DNA from: Desulfatiglandales bacterium
Lineage (GTDB): Bacteria > Desulfobacterota > DSM-4660 > Desulfatiglandales > Desulfatiglandaceae
Direction: 5' to 3'
Assembly (NCBI GenBank): GCA_963662465.1
Contig: OY759599.1
Coordinates: 2,208,001 to 2,272,000, forward strand
DNA length: 64,000 bases
Positions 17,854 to 26,919 of the stretch are shown here, piece by piece (positions within the stretch are counted from its first letter, which is position 1; the number at the start of each line of letters is the position of its first letter). Below the pieces are notes generated by a model. The model worked only from the letters and a program-made list of their open reading frames with translations. It was not told where the DNA came from and searched no databases. The position numbers and the translations under genes are program-made.

Positions 17854-19906
17854 ATCCACCGACCTGCGAAGGCGGGCCGAGGAATTCCTACACAAAACCC
17901 CTTCAGACATGAAGGCGATGACCGCCGAAGACCTAAAGAGCTTGATCGAGGAGTTGCAGGTCCACCAGGTGGAGCTGGAAATGCAGGGAGACGAACTGCG
18001 AAAATCCCATCTGGAATTGGAGGAGTCCCGCGATCGGTATCTGGATCTCTATGATTTTGCACCGGTGGGATATTTCACCGTCAGTGAAAAGGGGATGATC
18101 CTGGAGGCGAATCTTACGGCTGCCACCCTGTTGGGAGTGGCGCGGAGCACCCTTGTGGGCATGCTGTTTTCCGGGTTTATTGCGGAAGAAGATAAGGACC
18201 TTTTCTATTTTCATCGGCGGAAGCTGCTGGAGAGTCGGGATCGAGAGCGCTACGAATTGAAATTCGTAAAAAAGGATGGCCCGGAATTCTACGCCGGACT
18301 GGAATGCGTTTATGTGGAAAAGCCCGAGCAGGAATTGAAGGGCTTTCGCATTTCCCTGATCGACATCGATGAACGGAAAAATGCGGAAATGGCCCTGACT
18401 GAATCCGAATGGCAAAAAACCTTGATCCTTAATTCCACCACCGCAAGGATTTTCTTCGTGGATAAAGGGTTGACGGTAAAATGGGGCAACCGGGTGGCCC
18501 GTGAATTGGCGGGTCTTTCGGCAACGGAACTTGAGGGAAAGTCTTGCTATGAAATCTGGCAGGGACGTGATACCCCTTGCGAAAAATGTCCGGTATTGAG
18601 CGCCATTGAAACGGGGGAACCCATGGAAGGTGAAATGACGGATCCCAATGGGACCTATTGGTATATGAGGGCCTATCCCGTATTTGGAGATGACGGTAAG
18701 CTTCTGGGCATATCGGAGGTCTCACATGATATCACAAAGCAAAAAGACCTTGAGGCGCAACTCCGGCAGTCCCAAAAGATGGAGGCCATGGGAAGTCTGG
18801 TCGGCGGCATTGCCCATGATTTCAACAATATTCTGGCCGTTATCCTGGGAAATGCGGAACTGGCCGTCGATGACGTGCCCCCCTTAAATCCCGCGAGCCT
18901 ATGTTTAAAGGAAATCCGCATCGCCGCCATCCGGGCGAAAGAAATGGTTCAGCAACTGCTGGCCTTCAGCCGCAAGAGCGGCCAGACGAACAACCCTCTG
19001 GATATAGCGCCCATCATTCGGGACTCCATAAAAATGCTTCGTTCCGCCATCCCCACCAGCGTGGTTTTCAAAGAGCACATTGCGGAAGACCCCTGCGTCG
19101 TTCTGGCGGATGCCGCTCAGATCAACCAGATCATGATGAACTTGGTGACCAACGCGGCACATGCCATGCCTGAAGAAAAAGGCCTTGTGGAAGTGACCCT
19201 TGAAAACCGATTTTTTCGGAAAGAAACGCCATGTTTTAACTGGGTACTGCCCCCCGGATACTACGCGAGGCTGAGCGTGAGGGATACGGGCGAAGGCATG
19301 GATCCCAGTCTTATGGATCGGATCTTCGACCCCTATTTTACCACCAAGGAAGTGGGCAAGGGGACGGGCATGGGTCTTTCGGTGGTACACGGCATCGTAA
19401 AGCAACACGGGGGCGGCATAAGAGTTGAGAGCGAACCGGGGAAGGGAACGCTCTTTGAGGTTTATTTTCCTGCGGTGAAAAAGCCCATTATGGAAGAAAA
19501 AGAGCCCGAGGGAGATATGAGCGGGGGTTCCGAGAACATCCTGTTTGTGGATGATGACGCTGCCATCGTGAACCTGAACCACAAGCGCCTGGAACGGCTG
19601 GGGTACAGGGTGAACAGTACCCGGAAGCCCGAAGAAGCTCTGAAATGGTTCAAGGCCGACCCGGAGGGGTTCGACCTGGTGATCACGGACATGACCATGC
19701 CGGGGATCACCGGGGACAGACTGGCCATGGAGATCCTGGAAATCCGGCCCCATATGCCAATTATCCTCTGTACCGGCTACAGCGGGAGGATGTCCGCAAC
19801 GGAAGCGGAGGCCATGGGAGTGCGCAAATATCTTGAAAAGCCCTTCAGCGCCGGAGAAATAGCATCGGCCATTCGAGAGGTTTTGGAGGAGAAGGCGGGA
19901 TGCTGA
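17825..19906 (+). CDS. PAS hybrid histidine kinase/response regulator
   Basis: N-terminus paralogous to the preceding gene; GGIAHDFNN; receiver domain ILFVDDD..VITDMTMP..EKPF. Confidence 0.93.
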   Translation: MQKTGKTNLKSTDLRRRAEEFLHKTPSDMKAMTAEDLKSLIEELQVHQVELEMQGDELRKSHLELEESRDRYLDLYDFAPVGYFTVSEKGMILEANLTAATLLGVARSTLVGMLFSGFIAEEDKDLFYFHRRKLLESRDRERYELKFVKKDGPEFYAGLECVYVEKPEQELKGFRISLIDIDERKNAEMALTESEWQKTLILNSTTARIFFVDKGLTVKWGNRVARELAGLSATELEGKSCYEIWQGRDTPCEKCPVLSAIETGEPMEGEMTDPNGTYWYMRAYPVFGDDGKLLGISEVSHDITKQKDLEAQLRQSQKMEAMGSLVGGIAHDFNNILAVILGNAELAVDDVPPLNPASLCLKEIRIAAIRAKEMVQQLLAFSRKSGQTNNPLDIAPIIRDSIKMLRSAIPTSVVFKEHIAEDPCVVLADAAQINQIMMNLVTNAAHAMPEEKGLVEVTLENRFFRKETPCFNWVLPPGYYARLSVRDTGEGMDPSLMDRIFDPYFTTKEVGKGTGMGLSVVHGIVKQHGGGIRVESEPGKGTLFEVYFPAVKKPIMEEKEPEGDMSGGSENILFVDDDAAIVNLNHKRLERLGYRVNSTRKPEEALKWFKADPEGFDLVITDMTMPGITGDRLAMEILEIRPHMPIILCTGYSGRMSATEAEAMGVRKYLEKPFSAGEIASAIREVLEEKAGC

Positions 19907-20067
19907 ATTCCGCCCCTCATTGCTTCTACTTTCACAACCGGAATGAGGCTTCGATCTGAGTGAATACCATCAAGAAATGAAAGGAGACTGTTAATGCCTT
20001 ATCCAGAAGATCTCAATATCACTGGATCCTGTTGAAGATTTAGAAAAGGGTCTTTAGAGGTGAAAGC

Positions 20068-20226
20068 ATGAGAGAGTCAATAAAGGAGGCAATAGGCGAG
20101 ACTGTTCAGAATTTAATGGACGCCGGTATCAAGACATCTTTTACCGAAAGGGAACTGCGTTCACTTGGCGTCAAAATCCCGGAGGTTCAGGGTCTTGAAC
20201 ACGATTCACAGGATTTATCACGATGA
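20068..20226 (+). pseudogene. Truncated antitoxin-like gene (HigA/HTH type, N-terminal half only)
   Basis: GAGGTG RBS, then MRESIKEAIGETVQNLMDAGIKTSFTERELRSLGVKIPEVQ, cut by the palindrome at 20195 where an HTH would be expected; family recalled from memory. Confidence 0.5.
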
Positions 20227-20353
20227 ACAGGATTAGAAAACGACGTTCGGGCAAGTTCCTTAAAACAAAATGACACTCCTCGTTCTGATTTGTTTGCAGT
20301 TTATCGGTCAGTGGTAATCCTGTCCATCATTTAATCTTTTAAATCGTGTTCAA
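20195..20353. repeat. MITE/REP-like element with ~40-bp imperfect inverted arms
   Basis: TTGAACACGATT..GATGAACAGGATTA / TAATCCTGTCCATC..AATCGTGTTCAA; right end contains the stop codon of the Kef-type gene. Confidence 0.7.
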
Positions 20354-22371
20354 ACAGCGACATTCACCGCCCCCCCCTGACCGGTTCCAAAAAGAACCGA
20401 CATTTCCGCAAGCTTTTCCGGTGACGCCAAAACCACGATGATATCGTTTTCCAGAAACAGGGTATCGGCGTCGGGATCGGAGATAATCTGTTTTTTCCGG
20501 CTGATGGCCAGGAGGGTCACCCCGTATTTTCTCCTTAACTCGATTTCCGAAAGTGTCTTTCCGGCAAAGGGAGAGTCGCCGTGAACCCGCAGGGTACTGA
20601 TCTGCACCTCGGGGAGGTAGGCTTGCAGGTCGCAGGCCGAGGGGGTGTTCTTGGCGAGGCTTCGAAGCATGCCGTATCCATCGGCTCGCAACTCCCCCAC
20701 GAAGCGTTCAATTTCATCTCTGGGGATGAGATATTTGGTCAGAACCCTGGAAAAAATTTCCACAGAGGTCTCCAGTTCTTCGGGGATCACTTCGTTCGCC
20801 CCCAGTTCGTAGAGATGCGGCATTTCCTGAACAAAACGGGTTCGGGTGATAATGTGGATATTGGGATTCAGATGTCTGGCCATGACCGTAATCCGCTGGG
20901 TCGCCGCGGGATCGACGATGACCAGCACAATGACCCTGGCGGTTTTAATTTGCGCATGGGCAAGAACCTCTTCCTGGCCCGCATCGCCGTAAAAGATGGG
21001 CTCCCCCTTCTTCTTTTCCACCCGCACCGTTTCAGGATTCATCTCAATAATCACATAGGGAATTTTTGCCAGCTGCGCCGTTCGGGCGACATTCCGCCCC
21101 ATAACCCCGAAACCCACGACGATCAGATGGTTTTTGAGATTCCCTTCTTTACCGGTATCGGTTAACGCCTGAAACGGGTAAAGCCCCGTTCGAAGCTTCC
21201 CAGGCATGGGCAGACGGGAAAAAAATCCGGATATTTCATGTCCGTAGGAAATAATGAAGGGGGTTGCCGCCATGGTCAGAACGGAGACGGACAAAAACAA
21301 CTGAAAGGCCTCTCCATCCAGAAGCCCGTATTTGAGCCCCGTTTCCGACAGGATAAATGAAAATTCCCCCACCTGGCCGAGCTCCAGCCCCACCAGGGCG
21401 GCGGTGCGAAAGGGGAGGCCCAGGCTGAGCGCCGCAACGGTTGCCAAAAAGGACTTTACAAAAATCACCGCCAGGGTCAGCAAAAACACCAGTATCGGGT
21501 TGGCCAACAGAAACCGGATATCCAGGAGCATGCCGATGGAGAGGAAAAAGAAACTGGTGAAAATATCCCGAAAGGGAAGAATATTCCCCAGGGCCTGATG
21601 GCTGTAGGGAGATTCGGAGATGGTCAGCCCCGCCATGAACGCGCCCAGGGCCAGGGATAGATGCATACTGTGGGTCAGCCAGGCCACGGCCAGGCATAGG
21701 AATACGATGGTCAGCAAAAAGAGTTCCCGACTTCGAGTCCGGGCCATATAATAGAGTATTTTCGGGACCACCCATTGAGACCCCACGATAACCATCACAA
21801 TAATGCCGACGGCCTGGACCGCCAGAAGCGGCAGGGATAGCCCCGATCCTTCGGCGCTTCCCGCCAGCATAGGGGTAAAGATGATCATAGGGACAATGAT
21901 GATGTCCTGAAAAATGAGGATGCCGAGAATGGTTTGTCCATGGGGGCTTTCCATTTCGGCCCGTTCCTGCAGCAGCTTCAACACAATGGCGGTACTGCTG
22001 AGCGATATGAGAAAACCCGCGAAAACAGCGCCGCCAAAAGTCTGATGAGCCTGTGTGAGGAGTCCCCATACAACCGCAATGGTCAACAGCACCTGGGCCG
22101 CGCCGCCCAGCAGCACCGCCCGCTTGATGCGAATGAGATCCTTGATGGAAAACTCCATGCCGATGGTAAAGAGGAGCATCACCACCCCGATTTCCGCCAG
22201 GACTTTGACTTCTTTATCGGCGGTAATCAACCCCAGTCCGTGGGGGCCCGCCAGCAAACCGGATACCAGAAACCCGACGATGGCCGGAATCCGCAGTCGG
22301 TGACAGATGAACAGCACCGCCATGGAGAGTCCAAACAAAATAATGATGTCTTTAAAAAGCGGTATTTCCAT
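20350..22371 (-). CDS. CPA2/Kef-type cation:proton antiporter with TrkA-N and TrkA-C domains
   Basis: Many TM helices, LAEIGVVMLLFTIGMEFS, SLSSTAIV, QVGEFSF, VGFGVMG. Confidence 0.92.
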   Translation of the reverse strand: MEIPLFKDIIILFGLSMAVLFICHRLRIPAIVGFLVSGLLAGPHGLGLITADKEVKVLAEIGVVMLLFTIGMEFSIKDLIRIKRAVLLGGAAQVLLTIAVVWGLLTQAHQTFGGAVFAGFLISLSSTAIVLKLLQERAEMESPHGQTILGILIFQDIIIVPMIIFTPMLAGSAEGSGLSLPLLAVQAVGIIVMVIVGSQWVVPKILYYMARTRSRELFLLTIVFLCLAVAWLTHSMHLSLALGAFMAGLTISESPYSHQALGNILPFRDIFTSFFFLSIGMLLDIRFLLANPILVFLLTLAVIFVKSFLATVAALSLGLPFRTAALVGLELGQVGEFSFILSETGLKYGLLDGEAFQLFLSVSVLTMAATPFIISYGHEISGFFSRLPMPGKLRTGLYPFQALTDTGKEGNLKNHLIVVGFGVMGRNVARTAQLAKIPYVIIEMNPETVRVEKKKGEPIFYGDAGQEEVLAHAQIKTARVIVLVIVDPAATQRITVMARHLNPNIHIITRTRFVQEMPHLYELGANEVIPEELETSVEIFSRVLTKYLIPRDEIERFVGELRADGYGMLRSLAKNTPSACDLQAYLPEVQISTLRVHGDSPFAGKTLSEIELRRKYGVTLLAISRKKQIISDPDADTLFLENDIIVVLASPEKLAEMSVLFGTGQGGAVNVAV

Positions 22372-22499
22372 GGGGCGATCATATGGGAATGCGGTCTTTG
22401 TGTCAATCCGTGCGAGGGGGAAATAATGTTTTCATATTCTTGGGTATTTTGATAGACTTCAAAAAATGTCTTGGCTGGAGAGGCGATATAGAGGATTTT

Positions 22500-24485
22500 A
22501 TGATGGTCGGAAAACCTATCTGCGAAGAATTGGAACAAAGGGTCAAGGAATTGGAGCATGAAGCGTTTGAACGTAGGGGAGTCGAAGAGGCGCTGCGGGA
22601 AAGCGAAGCAAAATACAGGAGAGTTTCCGATAACTCACCTGCCGTCCTCTACCAGTTCATGATGACGTCGGATGGCGCCTTCAGTTTCCCCTATGTGAGC
22701 GATGTGGTGGATGCCACAATGGGCATCAGCGCTGAAGAGATCATGAAGGATGCATCAAATATGTTTGACGGGGTGCATCCCGAGGACCAAAAATTATTTC
22801 AAGAAAGCATCAGGAAATCCGCCGAATCTCTTGCATCCTTCCCCGTAACATTCCGCTACATGAAAGATGGGGAAGTGATATGGATGGAAGCGCGTGGAAC
22901 GCCTTCGCTCCTGGCGGACGGCGGCATTCTCTGGGACGGGTTTTTACTGGATGTCACTGAACGCAAACAGATGCAGGAAGCGTTGCGGGAAAGTGAAAAA
23001 AAGTATCGTTCAATGATGGAATCCATGCATGACCCCGTGTACATCTGTTCTCCGGATTACCATGTGGAATATATGAACGCGGCCATGGTTAAACGGATTG
23101 GTCGCAATGCCGTGGGGGAGCTTTGCTATAAAGCGTTAAACGAACTGGACCATAAATGTCCGTGGTGTGTTTACGATAAAGTGCAGAAGGGTGAGAATTG
23201 CGTGACGGAAATTTTCAGTTTGAAGGACGACCGTACTTACAGCATTTCTCATTCCCCTGTTCATCATTTGGATGGGTCCGTTTCAAAACTATCCATTTAC
23301 CGGGATATTACTGAAATAAAGGCCATTGAACAACAACTTCAACAATCCCGGAAAATGGAGGCCATCGCAACCCTGGCCGGGGGGGTCGCCCATCAGTTCA
23401 ACAACGCGCTCTCCGCCATTACCGGCTATACCGAATTACTTGAGATGAATTACCCTCAGGATGAGACGATCGTAGCCTATGCCGGGACCATGAAGCAGGC
23501 CGCCCATCGCATGGCCCACCTCACCCATCAGTTGCTTTCCTATGCCAGGGGAGGGAAATATATGCCGCTGCCCATATCCCTGAGCAGGTTCGTTGAAGAT
23601 ACCCTACCCTTGATTCGACATACCCTGAAACCGGGTATCCGCCTGGAAACCGACTTTCCGCCGGATGTTATGAATGTGGTGGCTGATAAAACCCAGATGC
23701 AGCTGGTCCTTTCCGCCATCGTGGCCAATTCCAATGAGGCCGTCGATGAGCCGGGTCGGATCAGGATTTCTCTAAGAAACATAGTGGTTGAAGGGGATTC
23801 CAGAAAGGATCATCCGGATCTTAAACCCGGTCCTTATGTCTGCCTTTCCATTGAAGATGATGGAAAAGGGATGGATAAGGAGACCCGAGACCGAATATTT
23901 GAGCCCTTCTTCACCACCCATTTTATCGGTCGAGGACTTGGAATGCCGGCGGCCTACGGTATTGTCAAGAATCACCATGGCGCCATCGCCGTTGACTCGG
24001 AATTGGGGAAGTGGACCCTCGTCAAACTCTATCTTCCCGCCATTGGGAAGATGGAACCGGCGGCGGAGGAAGTTGTTTCAGGGCCCGAGGCGGCGCCTGC
24101 CGAAGGAGAAGGCACCATCCTGGTGATTGAGGATGAAGCGCCTTTGTTGAAGATGAACAGGTGGATACTGGAGAAACTCGGTTATCGGGTCCTTGAAGCC
24201 ATGACCGGGGAGGCGGCGCTTGCATTGGCCAGAACCTTTGATGGTCGGATCGATCTGGCATTGCTCGACATGAAATTGCCTGATATGTACGGCGACAAAG
24301 TGTATCCGCTTATCATGGAAGCGAGACCAAATTTGAAGGTGATCGTGTGCAGCGGTTACGACATAGACGGTCCTGCCCAGGAGGTCCTTGATGCGGGCGC
24401 TGAAGGCTTCGTCCAGAAACCCTTTTCCATCGCCATACTGGCCGATAAATTAAAGGAGGTGCTGGGCGGGATTTCTTTTGCATAA
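22500..24485 (+). CDS. PAS hybrid histidine kinase/response regulator
   Basis: Two PAS domains, GGVAHQFNN, FEPFFTT, receiver domain LLDMKLPD; GAGG RBS before ATG 22500. Confidence 0.9.
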   Translation: MMVGKPICEELEQRVKELEHEAFERRGVEEALRESEAKYRRVSDNSPAVLYQFMMTSDGAFSFPYVSDVVDATMGISAEEIMKDASNMFDGVHPEDQKLFQESIRKSAESLASFPVTFRYMKDGEVIWMEARGTPSLLADGGILWDGFLLDVTERKQMQEALRESEKKYRSMMESMHDPVYICSPDYHVEYMNAAMVKRIGRNAVGELCYKALNELDHKCPWCVYDKVQKGENCVTEIFSLKDDRTYSISHSPVHHLDGSVSKLSIYRDITEIKAIEQQLQQSRKMEAIATLAGGVAHQFNNALSAITGYTELLEMNYPQDETIVAYAGTMKQAAHRMAHLTHQLLSYARGGKYMPLPISLSRFVEDTLPLIRHTLKPGIRLETDFPPDVMNVVADKTQMQLVLSAIVANSNEAVDEPGRIRISLRNIVVEGDSRKDHPDLKPGPYVCLSIEDDGKGMDKETRDRIFEPFFTTHFIGRGLGMPAAYGIVKNHHGAIAVDSELGKWTLVKLYLPAIGKMEPAAEEVVSGPEAAPAEGEGTILVIEDEAPLLKMNRWILEKLGYRVLEAMTGEAALALARTFDGRIDLALLDMKLPDMYGDKVYPLIMEARPNLKVIVCSGYDIDGPAQEVLDAGAEGFVQKPFSIAILADKLKEVLGGISFA

Positions 24486-24532
24486 ATATCGTTCGTCAAA
24501 ACACTACACCGTGAATAAAGGAAGGAAAAACT

Positions 24533-25345
24533 ATGGAATCAATTTTAGCTCAAATAAAAGAAATTCTGACTATTTATGGAATCCGCATCATCGCGGCCCT
24601 GGCCATATTCGTGATCGGTCGATGGGTTAGCAAGGGTATTCGAAACCTGATTCATCGCATCATGACAAGAAGCAAGGTGGACAAAACGCTCATTTCATTT
24701 GTCTGCAGCCTGTCCTATGTGGCCATGCTGGCGTTCGTGATCGTTGCCGCCCTCAGCAAATTGGGCATCGAAACCACTTCGATCATTGCCGTCATGGGCG
24801 CCGCGGGCCTGGCCATTGGTCTGGCCCTGAAAGGATCACTGTCCAATTTTGCCGCCGGCGTACTGATGATTATCTTCCGCCCTTTCAAAGTCGGAGAGTA
24901 TATCGAGGGAGGGGGAACCGCAGGCACGGTGGAAGAGATTCAGATCTTCAGCACGCAGCTCAAAAGCGCGGACAACAAAACCATTATCGTTCCCAACGCC
25001 AAGCTGCTCGACAGCACTATCATCAATTACTCGGCCAAGGGAACCCGTCGTGTGGATATGACATTCGGCATCGGCTATGACGACGATATCGATAAGGCGC
25101 GATCCGTCATTCGAGAAATCATTGATAAAGACGAACGGGTGATGAAAGATAAGGACATAATGGTGGTCGTTTCCGCCCTGGCCGACAGCAGCGTGAACTT
25201 CACGGTTCGGGTCTGGACGAAATCGAGCGACTACTGGGGGGTTTTCGTCGATACCACTGAGGCCGTCAAGAAACGGTTCGACGCTGAAAGCATCAGCATC
25301 CCCTACCCCCAGCAGGACGTTCACCTTTACGAGCATAAATCATAG
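24533..25345 (+). CDS. mscS: Small-conductance mechanosensitive channel
   Basis: GAAGLAIGLAL.GSLSNFAAG, RPFKVGE, SIPYPQQDV. Confidence 0.93.
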   Translation: MESILAQIKEILTIYGIRIIAALAIFVIGRWVSKGIRNLIHRIMTRSKVDKTLISFVCSLSYVAMLAFVIVAALSKLGIETTSIIAVMGAAGLAIGLALKGSLSNFAAGVLMIIFRPFKVGEYIEGGGTAGTVEEIQIFSTQLKSADNKTIIVPNAKLLDSTIINYSAKGTRRVDMTFGIGYDDDIDKARSVIREIIDKDERVMKDKDIMVVVSALADSSVNFTVRVWTKSSDYWGVFVDTTEAVKKRFDAESISIPYPQQDVHLYEHKS

Positions 25346-25349
25346 CGTT

Positions 25350-26162
25350 TCAAAGGTATTCCCGCCGCAGTTGCGCCACGATGTCGTCGGTCAATTTTTC
25401 GCGCTTTCGAAGTTCGGCAAATTTATCCAGGAGATCATCCACCGACAGGTGCGCCTTTTCACTGGCTGGGATATCGTCGATGATTCGCCCCTGGTGCATC
25501 ATAACGGTCCTGTTTCCCAGTTCAATGGCCTGCTGCATGCTGTGGGTCACCATGATGGTCGTTAATTTGCCCGCCTCGATGAATCGGCGGGTCAATGCAA
25601 TCACCTGAGCGCTTGATTTGGGATCAAGGGCCGCAGTGTGTTCATCCAGGAGAAGGACCTTGGGTTTCCGGATCACCGCCATGAGCAGGGTCAGGGCCTG
25701 ACGCTGCCCACCGGACAGGGTTCCGATAACATCTTCCAGGCGCGTCTCCAGCTGCATTTCCAGGAGCGCCACTTCCTTTTTAAAGCGGACCATCATCTCT
25801 TTGTTGAGGCTGACCCGGGGGTAATGTCCGCAGCCCCTCAGGATCGCCATCAAAAGGTTTTCGGCAATGGTCATCCCGGGCGCCGTGCCGGTATAGGGAT
25901 TCTGGAAAACGCGGGAGATAGACCCGGCCCGCTTGAAATCCCGCTGAAAAGTAACATCTTTTCCGTCCACGACAATGCTCCCGGAATCCGGGAAAAACGT
26001 GCCTGCCACCGCATTCAAAAGGGTGGATTTACCAGACCCGTTGGTGCCGATGATGGTGACAAAATCGCCTTTTTGCACATGAAGCGCGATGCCTCTCAAA
26101 GCATAGACCTCATTGGGGGTCCCAGCATTGAATCTCTTGTGAAAATCGCTGATCCGTATCAT
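25350..26162 (-). CDS. ABC transporter ATP-binding protein
   Basis: GTNGSGKST, LSGGQRQ, LLLDEHTAALDP. Confidence 0.95.
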   Translation of the reverse strand: MIRISDFHKRFNAGTPNEVYALRGIALHVQKGDFVTIIGTNGSGKSTLLNAVAGTFFPDSGSIVVDGKDVTFQRDFKRAGSISRVFQNPYTGTAPGMTIAENLLMAILRGCGHYPRVSLNKEMMVRFKKEVALLEMQLETRLEDVIGTLSGGQRQALTLLMAVIRKPKVLLLDEHTAALDPKSSAQVIALTRRFIEAGKLTTIMVTHSMQQAIELGNRTVMMHQGRIIDDIPASEKAHLSVDDLLDKFAELRKREKLTDDIVAQLRREYL

Positions 26163-26742
26163 GGCTTTCCCTCTATCCGTGCGGCCCGACCGTGGATACA
26201 GGTGGCATCAGCCAGAAGATCGTTCGGCAGGGAAATCCCCAGCTCCCTTGCCACATCCAGGTTCAAACCAAAGGTCATTTTCCGGTAACGTTCAAAGGGA
26301 ATTTTTGCCGGGTCCTCCCCTTTCAGTATCCGGTCCACCAGACGCGCCGCCTGCATGCCGCTCATGGCATAATCATAACCGAGGGTCGCCAAAGCGCCAT
26401 CCGACAAGCGCTCCACGTCGCTCATGAATATGGGAATTTTCCCGGATCGGGCGGCTTTGACCACCGATTCAAAAGCCGAATAAACAATGTTGTCGGGCGC
26501 CAGCACAAAGGCGTCAATCCCCCGGTTCACCAGGGAACGGGCCGCCTCGTACACCTCGGATGAACCGGTAATGGCGGCCCCCACGACGGTTATATGACCG
26601 GATGCGGCCGCAGCCTTTTTCAGGTTCTCCACATTGAACACGGAATTGGCATGGGCGGGATCCCATATGGTTCCGATGGTAATCGTTCCCGGAACGAGCC
26701 TGCGAACAATCTCAAGGGTCTTTTCCATGGGGACCCACCCAT
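26159..26742 (-). pseudogene. 3' part of the IS-disrupted ABC permease/substrate-binding fusion gene
   Basis: Removing the IS and one target copy restores ...NVTGVYGWVPMEKTLEIV... in frame. Confidence 0.9.
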
Positions 26743-26884
26743 CAGAGTTCCTGGTAAATGACCTTTACGCAACTTAACTGTTTGAAATCGTTATACTGGA
26801 GCTTCTCATAATTTCGTGTGCATTTCAGATTTTAGTGCAGCGTAACTAGCTGAAAATATTAGGTGGGGCAAAATATTTTTTTTA

Positions 26885-26913
26885 TTGACAAATGAAAACT
26901 GAAAAATTATCTT
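26885..26913 (+). promoter_or_regulatory. Sigma70-type promoter of the transposase
   Basis: TTGACA-17 nt-TATCTT; predicted +1 coincides with ATG 26920. Confidence 0.6.
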
Positions 26914-26919
26914 CAGACC

